From assembly GCA_965112735.1 (NCBI GenBank), contig OZ218964.1:868001-932000 (forward strand): a DNA stretch of 64,000 nt, written 5' to 3'. This document shows, one piece after another, positions 13,767 to 30,641 of the stretch; the first letter of the stretch is position 1, and every line of letters starts with the position of its first letter. The notes under the pieces were generated by a model. That model saw only the letters and a program-made list of their open reading frames with translations. It was not told the origin of the DNA and made no database searches. The stretch comes from Phaeosaccion multiseriatum. Lineage: Eukaryota; Protista; Ochrophyta, other classes. The position numbers and the translations under genes were made by a program.

Positions 13767-16700
13767 CTATGTCCACACCTTGACGGCATTGTCCAGGGAT
13801 CCCGACACCAGGCGGTCCCTGTACACGGTCAAGGCCCATACGCCCCTGCATGGCAGCGTGCGCTCACACGCACTCAAGTCGCTGTCCCAGATCTTGATAG
13901 ACTCATCGCTGCTTGCAGTCACCAGCTTATCGTCGAGTACAGCCATGGCGTACACGGCCCCTGAGTGCTCCGTCAGCACGGACTCACACACAAAGTCCTC
14001 TTCGGTGTTCCACACTCGCAGAGTACTGTCGATGGAGCCCGACACCAGCCTGTTTCCAATCACCCGAAGGCACCAAATCTCGTCCGTGTGGTCCGAGAGG
14101 ACCTTTGCTCATAGGCAGGGAGAAAGAGAGAAAACAAAACAAAACAGTGTGATGGGTGCGACGACAGTAAGGCGGGGGTTGGGGAACGAGTCGGAGTTGG
14201 TGAGAGTGGGGACGATCGAGGGGAGCTCCAGGAGAAGGAGAGGAGGGGTGATACAGCGGCAGCAGCAGCAGCAGCACTGAGGCTCACCTTCTGACACGTC
14301 CAGCTGTGAATATCCCAGACCTTGATGACGTTCTGATCCGAGCCTGACACGAGGTAATCGCCGACGGTGGCCAGTGCAATGACGCCGCTCTGATGGTCGT
14401 CGTGGTGAATAGTAAACTCGCATTGCCACGTGTTCATGTTGTACAGTTTCATGGTTCCATCGTCGGAGCCCGACACCATCCTGTCGCTGCATTCAATCAC
14501 CGCGTTGACGATATCGGTGTGGTCATTCATGGCCCTCACCAGCGTCCACGAGTCCGGATTCCACACACGGATGGAGTTGTCGTCGCTCCCGCTGATGAGC
14601 CGCCCTTTGCACACCGCGAAGCAGCGAATGGTGCCTGTGTGGTCGGAGAGGGTCCGCTCGCACATCCACGTCTCCGGGTTCCACACCTTAATGGTGGTGT
14701 CCCAGGAGCCGGAAACCAGGCGGCCGTTGATGACTGTGAGAGCGCTCACGGCGTCCTCGTGTTCCATGAGCAGCTGGTGCCGCTGTGGGAGGGAGAGGAG
14801 GGTGAGGTGGTTGTAGGGGGTGAGGGGACGGTGAGTAGTGTAAATCAGCTTCTTTGAGACTATGTATGGCCTCTGTCAGATTGCTCACAGCTCTCCTCCT
14901 TTCTGAACTAAGCCATACTGCCTCACTCACTCACCATGAAGCTGCAAGAGCGCCGGCGTGGGTGCGTGCGCGGTGAGTCCTTGTGCCCAGGGCGACCTGC
15001 AGCCACCAGCGCCTGATGCTCGTATGCCTCCATCAGCAGGGAGGGGCAGTCGGGCAGCTGCATAATGGGGTGCAGCTTGATAACGTCGCTCAGCAGGCCC
15101 GCATCCATCAGCGGAAACCGCACAAACGAGAGCACGTTGTGAGTGAGGCTTTTTCTCTGCGAGTCTGCCCTCAGCCAGCGCACAGCAGCCTCGAAGATGA
15201 GACTCTCGTCGCAGTCCAGAATATGGTCGCTGGTCAAGAGCTGCTGCAACTGCCCCAGGTTGAGGGACACGAAGCTCTCAGACTTGATGTCCATTGCAAA
15301 GTTGGCCATGACCTTGGCAAAAGCCCGCTCCTTGAGGCGGTCGCAAGCGAAGGTATCGGCCGCTGCGAACACGCTAATGGCGTTGTCTGCGTCCAAGTTA
15401 GCGGCCAGTGTGTTGCAGAGCTGGTCCCTCAGCCCGTCGAGTTGGTAGCGAGTGGCCAGGCTGAGGACATTGACGATGTCGAAGTGGGCCACGGAGACGT
15501 CTTTGCTGTATGTGTAATCTAGAAGCAGCTTGAACTGCATGCAGTAGAAGGAGACGAGACGATGCGAGGCGAAACGACGACAAGACGGTAGGTAGGTAGG
15601 CAGGTAGGAAGGGAGAGAGGGGAGGAGGGGAATGCGCGAGCAATACGCAGCAAGAGGGTCAGACAGGAGTAGGCCCGACCCGACGGGACTCGAGGTGAGG
15701 AAGGAAGGAAGGAGGGGGGGGGGGGGAGGGCGGAGGGAGGGACGAGCACCCAAACGCCAGGTTCCAGCCCAGCAGCCGCAAGAACACCCCCCCCATGGCA
15801 CACATCACATTTAGTGACTGGTCAACTATTCACTGGTCCCTATTCACTGCTGTGACTCACTCACCAGCGCGGGGTCGGTATCCTTGAGCTCGATGACATC
15901 CTGCGAGCCCTCCATCATGCCTGTGGTGAGCAGAGCGCTGAAGAAGGCGTGGTGCCCGGCCAGCACCACTCGGTGGGCGCGGAACATGACGTTCTCCACT
16001 TGGAAGGTGATATCGCACATGCTCTCTGCGTCGTACAGGTCCTGTGCCAGCCAGGGGCAAGGCCAAGACCAAGGACAGAGGCAGGGGCAAAGGTCGGGGG
16101 CGGGGCACGGAGGTGAACGGCATGACGCTATGGATGAGCGTTGTTGTGCCTGTGGCACCCACGACCACGGCAACTAGAAGGGAGGGAGTCGACCGGACAC
16201 CGGAGGATCGAGACTCTGGATACATACATGCACACTCATTCACCCTTACATACATGCACACTCACTCACCCTTATCTTGTCGAAGAAGGCGTTCTTCTCG
16301 GGCTGGCTCAGCACGAAGCCGCAGCACTTCTTTTTGACGTTGACCTGCTCGGTGGTGCTCTCCCTCCTCCTCCTCTTGAGAAGCCTGGCAGAGACGTCGA
16401 ACTTGCAGCTCGCGCCCCCTCCAGCGCTACTGTCTCCTCCCCCCCCTTCCCCTCTACTGGCACTCGCCGCCGCCGCTGCGGAATTTCTTGTGGACAAAGG
16501 CATGCTGCGACTGCGCCCACCCAGCAGTCCTTCAGCTGCTTCCGCCGCCGCTGCTGCTGCCGCTGCTGTAGCTTCACTTGCTTCCGCGAGCGCCTCGTCC
16601 ACGTCCCCCTCGCTGGCGCTGCTGCTGCTGCTGCTACTGCTACTACTGCTGCTACTGCTGCTGCTGCCTCTGGTTCCTCTACTACGCCTGCTCGATGTGC

Positions 16701-16818
16701 CCCCCCCCCCACGTGTCCCAGCTGCGGATCCCGATCGCGCCCCCCCGTGCCCCCCCCTCCTCTCCTCTCCCCCCTGCTGCTGGGACCGCGGCGGTTGATG
16801 CTGCCCTGCCTCGGCCAT
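13767..16818 (-). CDS. BTB/POZ-BACK-WD40 repeat protein (putative Cullin-3 substrate adaptor), 5 exons
   Basis: BTB: CDITFQVENVMFRAHRVVLA..FFSALLTTGMMEG, FKLLLDYTY. BACK: FVSLNLGQLQQLLTSD..ESLIFEAAVRWL..VRFPLM. About 7 WD40 repeats, e.g. LVSGSWDTTIKVWN. Confidence 0.9.
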
Positions 16819-17899
16819 GCCCTTGTGGCTGGAAGACTGGAAGGTTGTACTGTGGGTGTTGTGGATTCATCATGGAGAACAGTAGCACAAGTAGCAGCGG
16901 GAGGAGCAGCAAGTCAGAGACAATGCATAACAAAGAAGTATCCCTGCATTGTGGGAGATCTTCAGCTCGCCCTGTGGACTCTCCCCGCTGGGCTGGCCCT
17001 GCTGAGCATTCTCCTATGTCAATGCGCACCTCCCCAACCTCTCCACCGTTGTCTTCCAAAGAAGCATACTCGCACACCCCTTCTACGCCCTCTCCCGCTT
17101 TCAACCAACCACGCAGTTCCCTTCCCACCAGCCCCAGGCTCTTACCTGTCTTTAAAGCGGAAGCGGTTGCCTTCCTAAAAGAGAAAAAAAATCTGGTGTC
17201 TTAAATGTAAATGTGTTCCGCTCCCAGCCTATCCGCAGCTCAGCCCGCTTCTCTGAGAAACTGGTGCTGTTGGGAAACTCAAGCCCGTCTCAAGTACACT
17301 GCTGATGGTGGGTTCTCAGGTCTTGGTCAGTCCGCTGATTGAGCCGCTGAGGCACCGGGGAATGAAGCAGGTGAGCGAGCCGGGAGGCACACCCCCCTGG
17401 GTATTCACAGGCACATTCGGAGGACCAACATGCATATTACTTTCACTTCCCCGCACCTTTCACAGACAATCATATAACATCGGGAAAAGAGAAATCGCGA
17501 AAATGGAAATTAGGGATGAGAGTGGAGTAGTGTGGAGGGAGAAGGTAGGGCGTGGGAGGTGTGGTGGTGGAGAATAAAGCCAAAATCCCCCCCTCTCTTC
17601 AACGTCTCAAAGAGCGTGCCGGACGCCTCCACCATCGTAGACTCCTTCCTCACAGTCGGCAAGGAGTCGATGGGAAAGTTGGAGGACGATTATGTTGCCA
17701 TGAACCATCTGCTGCAGCATTACATTGTCCGGGGTTCATAATAAGGCGGCTTTCTTAGTATAGCGGTAAGCAAGAACAAGGACACCGAGGAGGCGGTCGA
17801 CGCCTCTCTCCTATTGCACGAAAAACTTCCCCCTTAACGGCGCTGTTTCCCAGCTTCTTAACACCGTTCTGATGCTGGCGCTCCTGGAAGTATTCCCTC

Positions 17900-18996
17900 C
17901 ACAAGAGCTCAGGTAAGTCGCCTCATCCCCTGCTCTTTTCTCCACTTTTCGATGGCCATCCTCCTGCATGGTGCGGGTCTTGCCCACCTCCTGCGGCCCC
18001 ACACCATAAGGACGTTCTCACAGGGTCCTTAGACACGTACTCCTCCAGAGTCTCAAGGTAAGCGCTGTGATTGAGGCAAGGGAGCAGGGAGCCTCTGCGT
18101 GTGATGGAGATGCAAAATGACGTGAGTGAGCAAGAGAGTACGCCTTCCATACCAGCCCGCGCCATTGCTCGTTCCTTTGCACCGCCTTAAGGGAAGCTCT
18201 CAAGTATCTTGCTTCGTGTAAAGCACAGAAGACAAGCGATGAGTTGGACTTGGAGAGGGGGGGATGCTCGTCACGGCCCTCAGCGAGGGTGTTCCAGCTC
18301 CCAGGTCCTGCGACAACGTACAAATCCCAGCAGGAAAGACGGCCGGAGCACGGTCTGGGGAGAAGCAAGGCATGTAACACGGGCATATGTCACAGGGTGC
18401 GTGGGCAGGCAGGGCGCAACATGGTAATCCAAGGTAGACGGGAAGAGAGCGGGACAGAGACAGTGAGCACAGCCAGCGAGAGACAGCGGCACAGAGATTG
18501 AGAGCCCCAGAGGGAGACAGAGATGAACACAGACAGAAGGAGAGAGAGAAAAAGGCGAGAGAGAAAGAGAGGGAGGAAATACGCTCAGAGAGGAACAGAG
18601 ACAGGGACGAGAGAGAGACCGAGAGACAAAAGCATGAAGGTGTAGTGGGCAATGTCACGCCCCCATCATCGACACTACCTACCCAAAAAGACCATAGAAC
18701 AAGCAGTAATGACGTGTTACAAAGTGGGAATTCAGGGCAGACAGGAACAGAGAGAGCCACGAGAGAGAGACAGAGAGAGACAACACACACACACACACAC
18801 ACAGAGAGAGAGAGGGGGGGGGGGGGGGAATGCTCTTACCATGCCGCTTCATCGTGGTCACCCTCTGCGCTTCCGCCGCGGTGGGGTGTAGCCCGCTGCA
18901 CCTCACCACAGGTCCGCCGGAACGGAAGGCCAGCCCATGATAGGCGTTGGTGAATAATGTCAGCAGCCAAAGCACGAGCACCCACATGCTGTACAT
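17900..18996 (-). pseudogene. Frameshifted P-loop ATPase remnant with a putative signal-peptide exon
   Basis: YLETLEEYVSKDP / NVLMVWG / (PQE)VGKTRTMQE lie in three frames around 17960-18065. An upstream hydrophobic exon MYSMWVLVLWLLTLFTNAYHG is followed by a GTGAGG donor. Confidence 0.45.
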
Positions 18997-19485
18997 AGTG
19001 TTGAGGTATGCAGGTAGCAAGCTCAAAGAACTCCTCCTCCTTTTTCTTTTCTTTCTTTTTCTTCCAATTTAAGGTTCGTCTATCCCTCGGAGCCACGCGT
19101 GCTCGTCTGACTGCGCCCCTCCGTCCTCACTCACCATATTGAGAAAGCAGCTCTGTGTCATGAGGGGAACACAGGCAGTTGATGCCGACTTTTCCCTCCC
19201 TTGACACGCCTGCTATCAAGTTTTGTATCGTCCTCTACCTGTGTCACGGTGCTCTATCTCCCACCCTGCTCTCTTCGACCATTTGTGTGTGTTTTGTGTG
19301 TGTGTGTGTGTGTTTCGGTCTCTCTCTCTCTCTCTCACTCTGTCTCTCTCGGAGTAATCCTCAGCGCTTCACTGCTGACCCATTCCACACATGTCCTCCT
19401 CAATCGCATTCCGTACTCTCTCTACCACCACCCTAGTCATCCGCTCTATTATATATACAGTCAGTAGAGGTCCCCCACTCCCTCT

Positions 19486-20011
19486 CTATTTCTTGATTTT
19501 GAGCACACGCCGGCCCAGAGGCACCTTCCCCACACATGCCTTCACCTTTCGCCCGTCAATGTCCACCACGCACGTAGCACAGTCGCCTTGTTTGCAGTTG
19601 TAAGGCACCTTGATCTTGTGCTTGGCCAGGAAGGCGCCCAGGGGCTCGCCAACCGTGGCAGGGACCGTCTTCTTGGAGATTGTGAACTCCACCTTACACT
19701 CCCCCTGCACACACACACGAGGCCAACGCGACAACAAACAGATATTGAAAAGAGAAATGATTAGGGAAGAGGGAGAATTATGGGTTCCAGGCGCCTTCTC
19801 CCTGCGTTCCAAGCGCCCTTTCGCCCTCCCCTCCCCCACCCGGACAAGCTTTGCTTTCTTACGCTTCCAGCCTTACGTTCAAGTGGGTCGATCTCCGTTG
19901 GTTCATGCTCCGCGCCGCAACTGCCGCTGGAGGCGAGACCATGAACCCCGCGACTGCCTGACTCCCCAATACCACCGCCACAAGCGCCACCAGGAGTTGT
20001 GAGATGCCCAT
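19486..20011 (-). CDS. Plastid-targeted 2Fe-2S ferredoxin-like protein (exons 20011-19877 and 19704-19486)
   Basis: Bipartite presequence MGISQLLVALVAVVLGSQAVAG|FMVSPP; 2Fe-2S motif PYNCKQGDCATC...KAC; canonical GTAAGG/TGCAG intron in phase. Confidence 0.9.
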
Positions 20012-20529
20012 GTTTTACTGTGGGAGGCGTCGTAGCGGAGAGAGGGGTGCGTGGGGTGTGTTGGTGGGTGGGCAGCGGGAGCGAGGGATGAGGGGAGGGT
20101 AGAACGAGAGAATCAAGTGACCACAGAGCTCTGTGGAGTGTCACCCCCGCCCTTTCCAACCCCTCCCTCCTTTCTGCCATTCAAACTGAGTGAAAGCTGT
20201 TGAGGCCGAGAAACAATCACGGACGGACGTCGCGGAACCAAGCTGTGGGCCCGCGACAAACGAGAGAGAGTGACAAACCCAAGCCCTCCTCCTGTCCTCC
20301 TCCTCCTTATGCTCCTCCTCTTCCTGCTCTGCCTCCCCCCTCCCAACCTCCCCCTTTTCCTCACCTGCCTGTTGTTGCGTACGTTTTTGTGAATGTGACA
20401 TACATGAGACCCAACCCGTACACCTCCCACATTTCCCCTTCCCCTTTCCAATTTCCTTCCCTCTCCCCTTTCTATCTCTCTCCAATCGTAGGTGGTGTGG
20501 AGGGCAAGGGGTGCAGCCCTTACGCCCCC

Positions 20530-23500
20530 ATGTCTCTCTTTAAGCGCACGACGCCTCAGGACAAGCTCCCCGCGAGCGAACTTGCTCGGCTCGGTGAGTG
20601 CAAGAACAGTGGGTGTTCGCTGAGAAAACGGGTTCTGGGTACAACAGCATTGCTCGCCTCTGCTGTTGCTTCCTCTTCTCCTATGCCCTTCCATTTGCTT
20701 GCCCCTTTCCTTTGTGCGCCGGCTCCTCCTCCTGCTCTCTCTGCTGTCGCTTGGACACTCGGCGGCACCGGCTGCTCTTCCCTCCTCTACCCCCCTGTCA
20801 TGGCCTGTGCCGCTGCTTTGGCGCTCTTTCGCCCCCCCCCCATGCCGAGGACCGTGTATACAAGTAGCTAGCATGTCTTACAAGGGGTTGGGATGCGACT
20901 ACCCTGCGCTCCTCCCCCTCCTCCTCCTCGCAGATGAACTCACCAGCTTGGTAGACAGGGCGACAAGGGAGATGAACCGGGTTCCCGATGCGACTACGAA
21001 CCGAGCCATAGTCGCCAAGATCAATGAGTATCCCAACGAAACCATGTAAGTGACTGAGTGAGTACGGGAGTGCCAGACTAGTACTGTAGCGGAAAAGACA
21101 GACACATACTGCAATTTGTTCTTCCTCCACACAGGGGCCTCCGCCCCCCTCCTCATTGACGCCATTGCTACCGCTACTTACAGCCACTACCGCTATCCCG
21201 CCATCGCCCTCTTGCATCCATCCACCCATCCCCTCAGCCGTAACACACCCCTTCCACCCTCCTTGCTTTCGTGCACACCCCTCACACTCCCTACATCAAC
21301 CTCCTCAACGCAGCATCTCCTTCGCAGTGCGGCACCTTCGTAAGAAGTTCAAGTCCCCCTCTGCCCACGTCAACAAGCTTGCCCTGCTCCTCGCAGACAC
21401 CCTCCTGCAGGACTGCGGGGCCGTGGTGAGGAGGCAAGTGGGTACTGAGAAGTTCATGAAAATGGTCAGCAAAATGGCCAAGGTAAGGGTATCTTAGATG
21501 GTCCAATGGGGTGGAGTGGGGTAGGTCAGGATAAGGGTAGGGCAAGCTGATCTCCCTGTTCCGGCTCTCTCTTGCTCGGGCGTGCGTTCCGCCGTGCCTC
21601 TCGTGTACGTGCTCAAATGCCTCCTGCTTGTCCGTGTGCGTGTGCGTGTGGTCCATGAATGGAAGAACAGAAACCGCCCAAAAACGTGTTGACTACATCG
21701 CAGCTATTGACTTGTTTTCTCTTCCATCGCCATCACCATCATCCATCATCCATCTCGCTCCTCCTCCTGCTTGTGAACCCCTCCCTCCCCTCCCTCCCCT
21801 CCCCTCCCTCCCTCACTCACTCCCTCCCTCCCTCCCTCCCTCCCTCCCTCCCTCCAACCGACTCCACAGCTCCAGCGCACTCGCACGGACTACGAAGCCG
21901 GAGAGACGGCGCAGTTAGCTCAATCCCTCATTCGTAAATGGGCGGACGAGGCAAGGCGGTCAGGGGGGGGAGGCCCCAACAACCTGTTTGTTAGCACCTT
22001 CGAAAGACTGCAGCAAGAGAGCGTCATACCCGTGAGGGAGGGGCAGCTAGGGGGAGGGTACGGCTACGGTCAAGGAGGGGGCGGAGGAGGGGGAGGAGGA
22101 GGAGGAGGAGGAGGAGGAGGAGGAGGGTATGACGAGCAAGCTGCCCTTGATATCGCCATCCAGGAGAGCATTGAGCAGACGGCATCCGCCTCGACAGTTG
22201 GGGGGGGAAGTGGCGAGGCCGGAGGGGGAGCGCGTCGTCTGTCGGCAGATATGGGTGCCCTGAGCCTCGGGGGCGGCGGGTTAGACGGAGGAGAGGACCC
22301 TCTATCGCGGGTGCCTCCGACCATCGAAACGCTCATGGATATCCTTGAGCAGTGCCAGAACAGGTGAGGGAGGGAGAGAGAGAGGGAGGGAAGGAGGGAG
22401 GGAGGGAGGGAGGTAGGCGGGAAGCTGTGCTAGAGGGCTGAGGGCAACCCTTTTGTGCCCGCTCCCTGCGCCCTTTCACTTGCACCCATCGATGCACTCG
22501 TCTCTGCGACCCTTCTCTTTGTTAGGACCTCCGACCGGCCTTCGTCGTGGTGTACTCACGCCCCCAACTCTCCGCTTCACTCACTCACTCTCTCCCGTCC
22601 TCACTCCCACACACACTCTCTCTCTGCCTCTCCCTCACTCTAACTCCATGCTCACTCACTCCACGACCACAGGTCAGAGGTGGAGTCCAACGATACACTA
22701 GAGGAAGTGGTGAAGCAGTGTCAGGACCTGATGGGGGTGGTGACCAAACTCACAGAGGCAAAGTCCGGCGACTGGAGCGAGAAGAAGCTCCGGCGGCATT
22801 TAAATGCCTACGACGATATGGAGAAGGTCTTGGAGCTTCATGACGATTGTCTGAAAGGCAGGAAGAGTTTGCCCCTCCCCAAGGGCTCTCGGCCGGTCAG
22901 TGTCAGTATCAGTGGTGGTGGAGGCAGCGGCAAGAAGAAGGGAAAGAAGAGCCAGAGTAAGACCGGCTCTGGCTCCGTCGCCTCTGCGACCCCCGCGGTG
23001 GACTTGCTGGGAATGGACTTTGCTCCTGCGGCCCCTGCTGCTGCTCCCCAGCAAGGATACGGGGCAGCCGCAGCGGCTGGTGGCTATGGAAGCGTGGTCA
23101 CGATGCCTCATCAGCAGCAGCAGCAGCAGCAGCAAAAGGTGGTACAGCAGCCGCAGCAGCAGGCAGCAGATCCCTTCTCCCAAGCCTCTCCACCCGCCGC
23201 CATCGATCCTTTCGCCACGGGAGGAGGAGGAGGAGGAGGAGGAGGGGTGGGAGGAAGCGACCCTTTTAGCAACCCACACACACCAGTGCAACCGCAGCAT
23301 CAGCAGGCGCGGCGGTCGTCGCTCGGAGGGGGCGACCCCTTTGCTGCTACGCCTTCTCCATCCCTACAGTCCCCCGCCCCTGCATCGGCATCGTCCACTG
23401 TGGACCCTTTTGCTGCTCCTCAGCAACAGGCAACTGCAGCAGCGACTTACCCCCCTGCCCCGCCACCCGCCGCTTCACATCCCTTCGCAGCTGATTCATT

Positions 23501-24443
23501 CGGCACTCCGGGAGGAGGAGGAGGAGGGGGAGGGGGAGGAGGAGGAGGAGGAGGAGGAGGAGGAGGGGGAGGAGGTGGGGTGGCACGACCCCTTTCAGTA
23601 GGGAAGCAAGCGGCAGACCCCTTTCTTGCCCCAGTTCAGCAGCAGCAGCAGCCCGCTGACCCGTTTACCGCCTCCAATGTGAATGCGACGGGGCCGTCAC
23701 CAGGGCACAGGCCATCGCCGGCTACGTCTGGTGCCATCGATCCATTCGCCGCCTCGGTGACAGTGCCGCCGTCTGCTGCCACGGGGGACCCCTTTGGTGG
23801 AGGAGGGGGAGTTAGTGATACAGCAGCAGCAGGAGGAGGAGGAGCAAGGGGAGGAGGCGGGGGCGATCCGTTTGGCGGCTCAGCAGGGGCTGCTCAGGCA
23901 CAAGCAGGAGGAGGGGGGGGGGGGCGTGATTCCTTTGGGGGCGGTGGCTCGGGTGGGATTGGGGTTCCACCACAGTCTGTGGACCCCTTCGGGGGCGGAG
24001 GCGGCGTAGGGGGTGCGGGAGCGCTGTCCAACCCTTCTCAATCTGCTCAGCAGCTCATGTCACAGCAGCCTGTGCAGCAGCCTATGCAGCAGCAGCAGCA
24101 GCAGCAGCAGCAGCCATTCCCACAGCAGCAACCGTTCCCACCGCAGCAGCCGCAGTACTTAACTCAGCAGCAGCAATTCCCAGTGCAGCAGCAGCGGCCG
24201 CCGCAAGGGCCGGGCACGTTTGCCTCGATGGCCACCCCTCAGCCTCACAGCGTGGCCGGAGGGACGGGTGCTGCTCCTGGTGGGGGAGTTATGGAGGTGG
24301 CTGGAGGAGGAGGAGGAGGAAAAGGAGGAGGAGCAGCCGCCAACCCCTTCGATATGCAGGTGGTAGCGGGAGGGGGAGGGGGAGGGGGAGGGGGAGGCAC
24401 ACCGCAACAGGAGAGCAACCCGTTCGACAGCCTGGGGTTCTAG
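20530..24443 (+). CDS. TOM1-like VHS-UIM-GAT endocytic/ubiquitin sorting adaptor
   Basis: VHS: LVDRATREMNRVPD..N..IVAKIN, LALLLADTLLQDCG, LIRKW. UIM: DEQAALDIAIQES. GAT: NDTLEEVVKQC..LNAYDDMEKVLELHD. The tail has DLL plus many DPF and three NPF motifs. Confidence 0.88.
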
Positions 24444-24583
24444 TCAGCCAGTCACAGCTGGCGAGAGGGAAGGAGTTGGTGGTGTTATTGGTGACGACAT
24501 CCCGTGCCGTCGTCATTTGTTGATTGTCCATGAGGACGCTTTGAAGAGAGTCAAATAAGCGCGGCGCAAGGCATGAGGAGAGC

Positions 24584-24681
24584 TACATACATACATACAT
24601 ACATACATACATACATACACACATACATACATACATACATACATACATACATACATACATACATACATACATACATACATA
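24584..24681. repeat. (CATA)n microsatellite between convergent genes
   Basis: Directly visible. Confidence 0.9.
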
Positions 24682-24963
24682 CACGCACACACACGTACAC
24701 ACACGCACGAGAGGCCAAAGAGGCGTGTGAAGAACGCGCTGAAAGGCGAAGGCTCCGCTGGAGTGAGTGTAGCGACGAGAAGACAAGACAAGAGAAGAGA
24801 AGAATACCCATCTGCCCGACGTACCTTTTTTCCGATATTGACTTACTAATCAAGGTCAATGAACTGAAACTTCTCCCCCAGCCTGTCAACTCTATTGAGC
24901 GAGTAAGAAGCATCTCTCTCGACACTTGTCTCTACCTATTGTCTCTTACTTGTTACTACGTAA

Positions 24964-30373
<5,410 letters not shown>

Positions 30374-30641
30374 ATTTTCTGTTTGCAAATGTGAGAAAAA
30401 GCCTCTATTGCACGCCAGGAAGCCTCCAACCCCGCGTATTGCAGACCACCCCTTCTTTCCTCTGCCTAGTCCGCATGAGACGATCGGTGAGGACCGTCGT
30501 GCAGCCAGGGAGTATGGAGAAACGCCAATTTGGAAGCGTGTGGGATGGATGGATGGAGTCCTATGGGTGAAAAGCTATTAAGAAGCAAATACCAATCCAA
30601 AAAAAAAGAAGCGGCGCCTCTCTCACGAGGGCGTATGGGAG

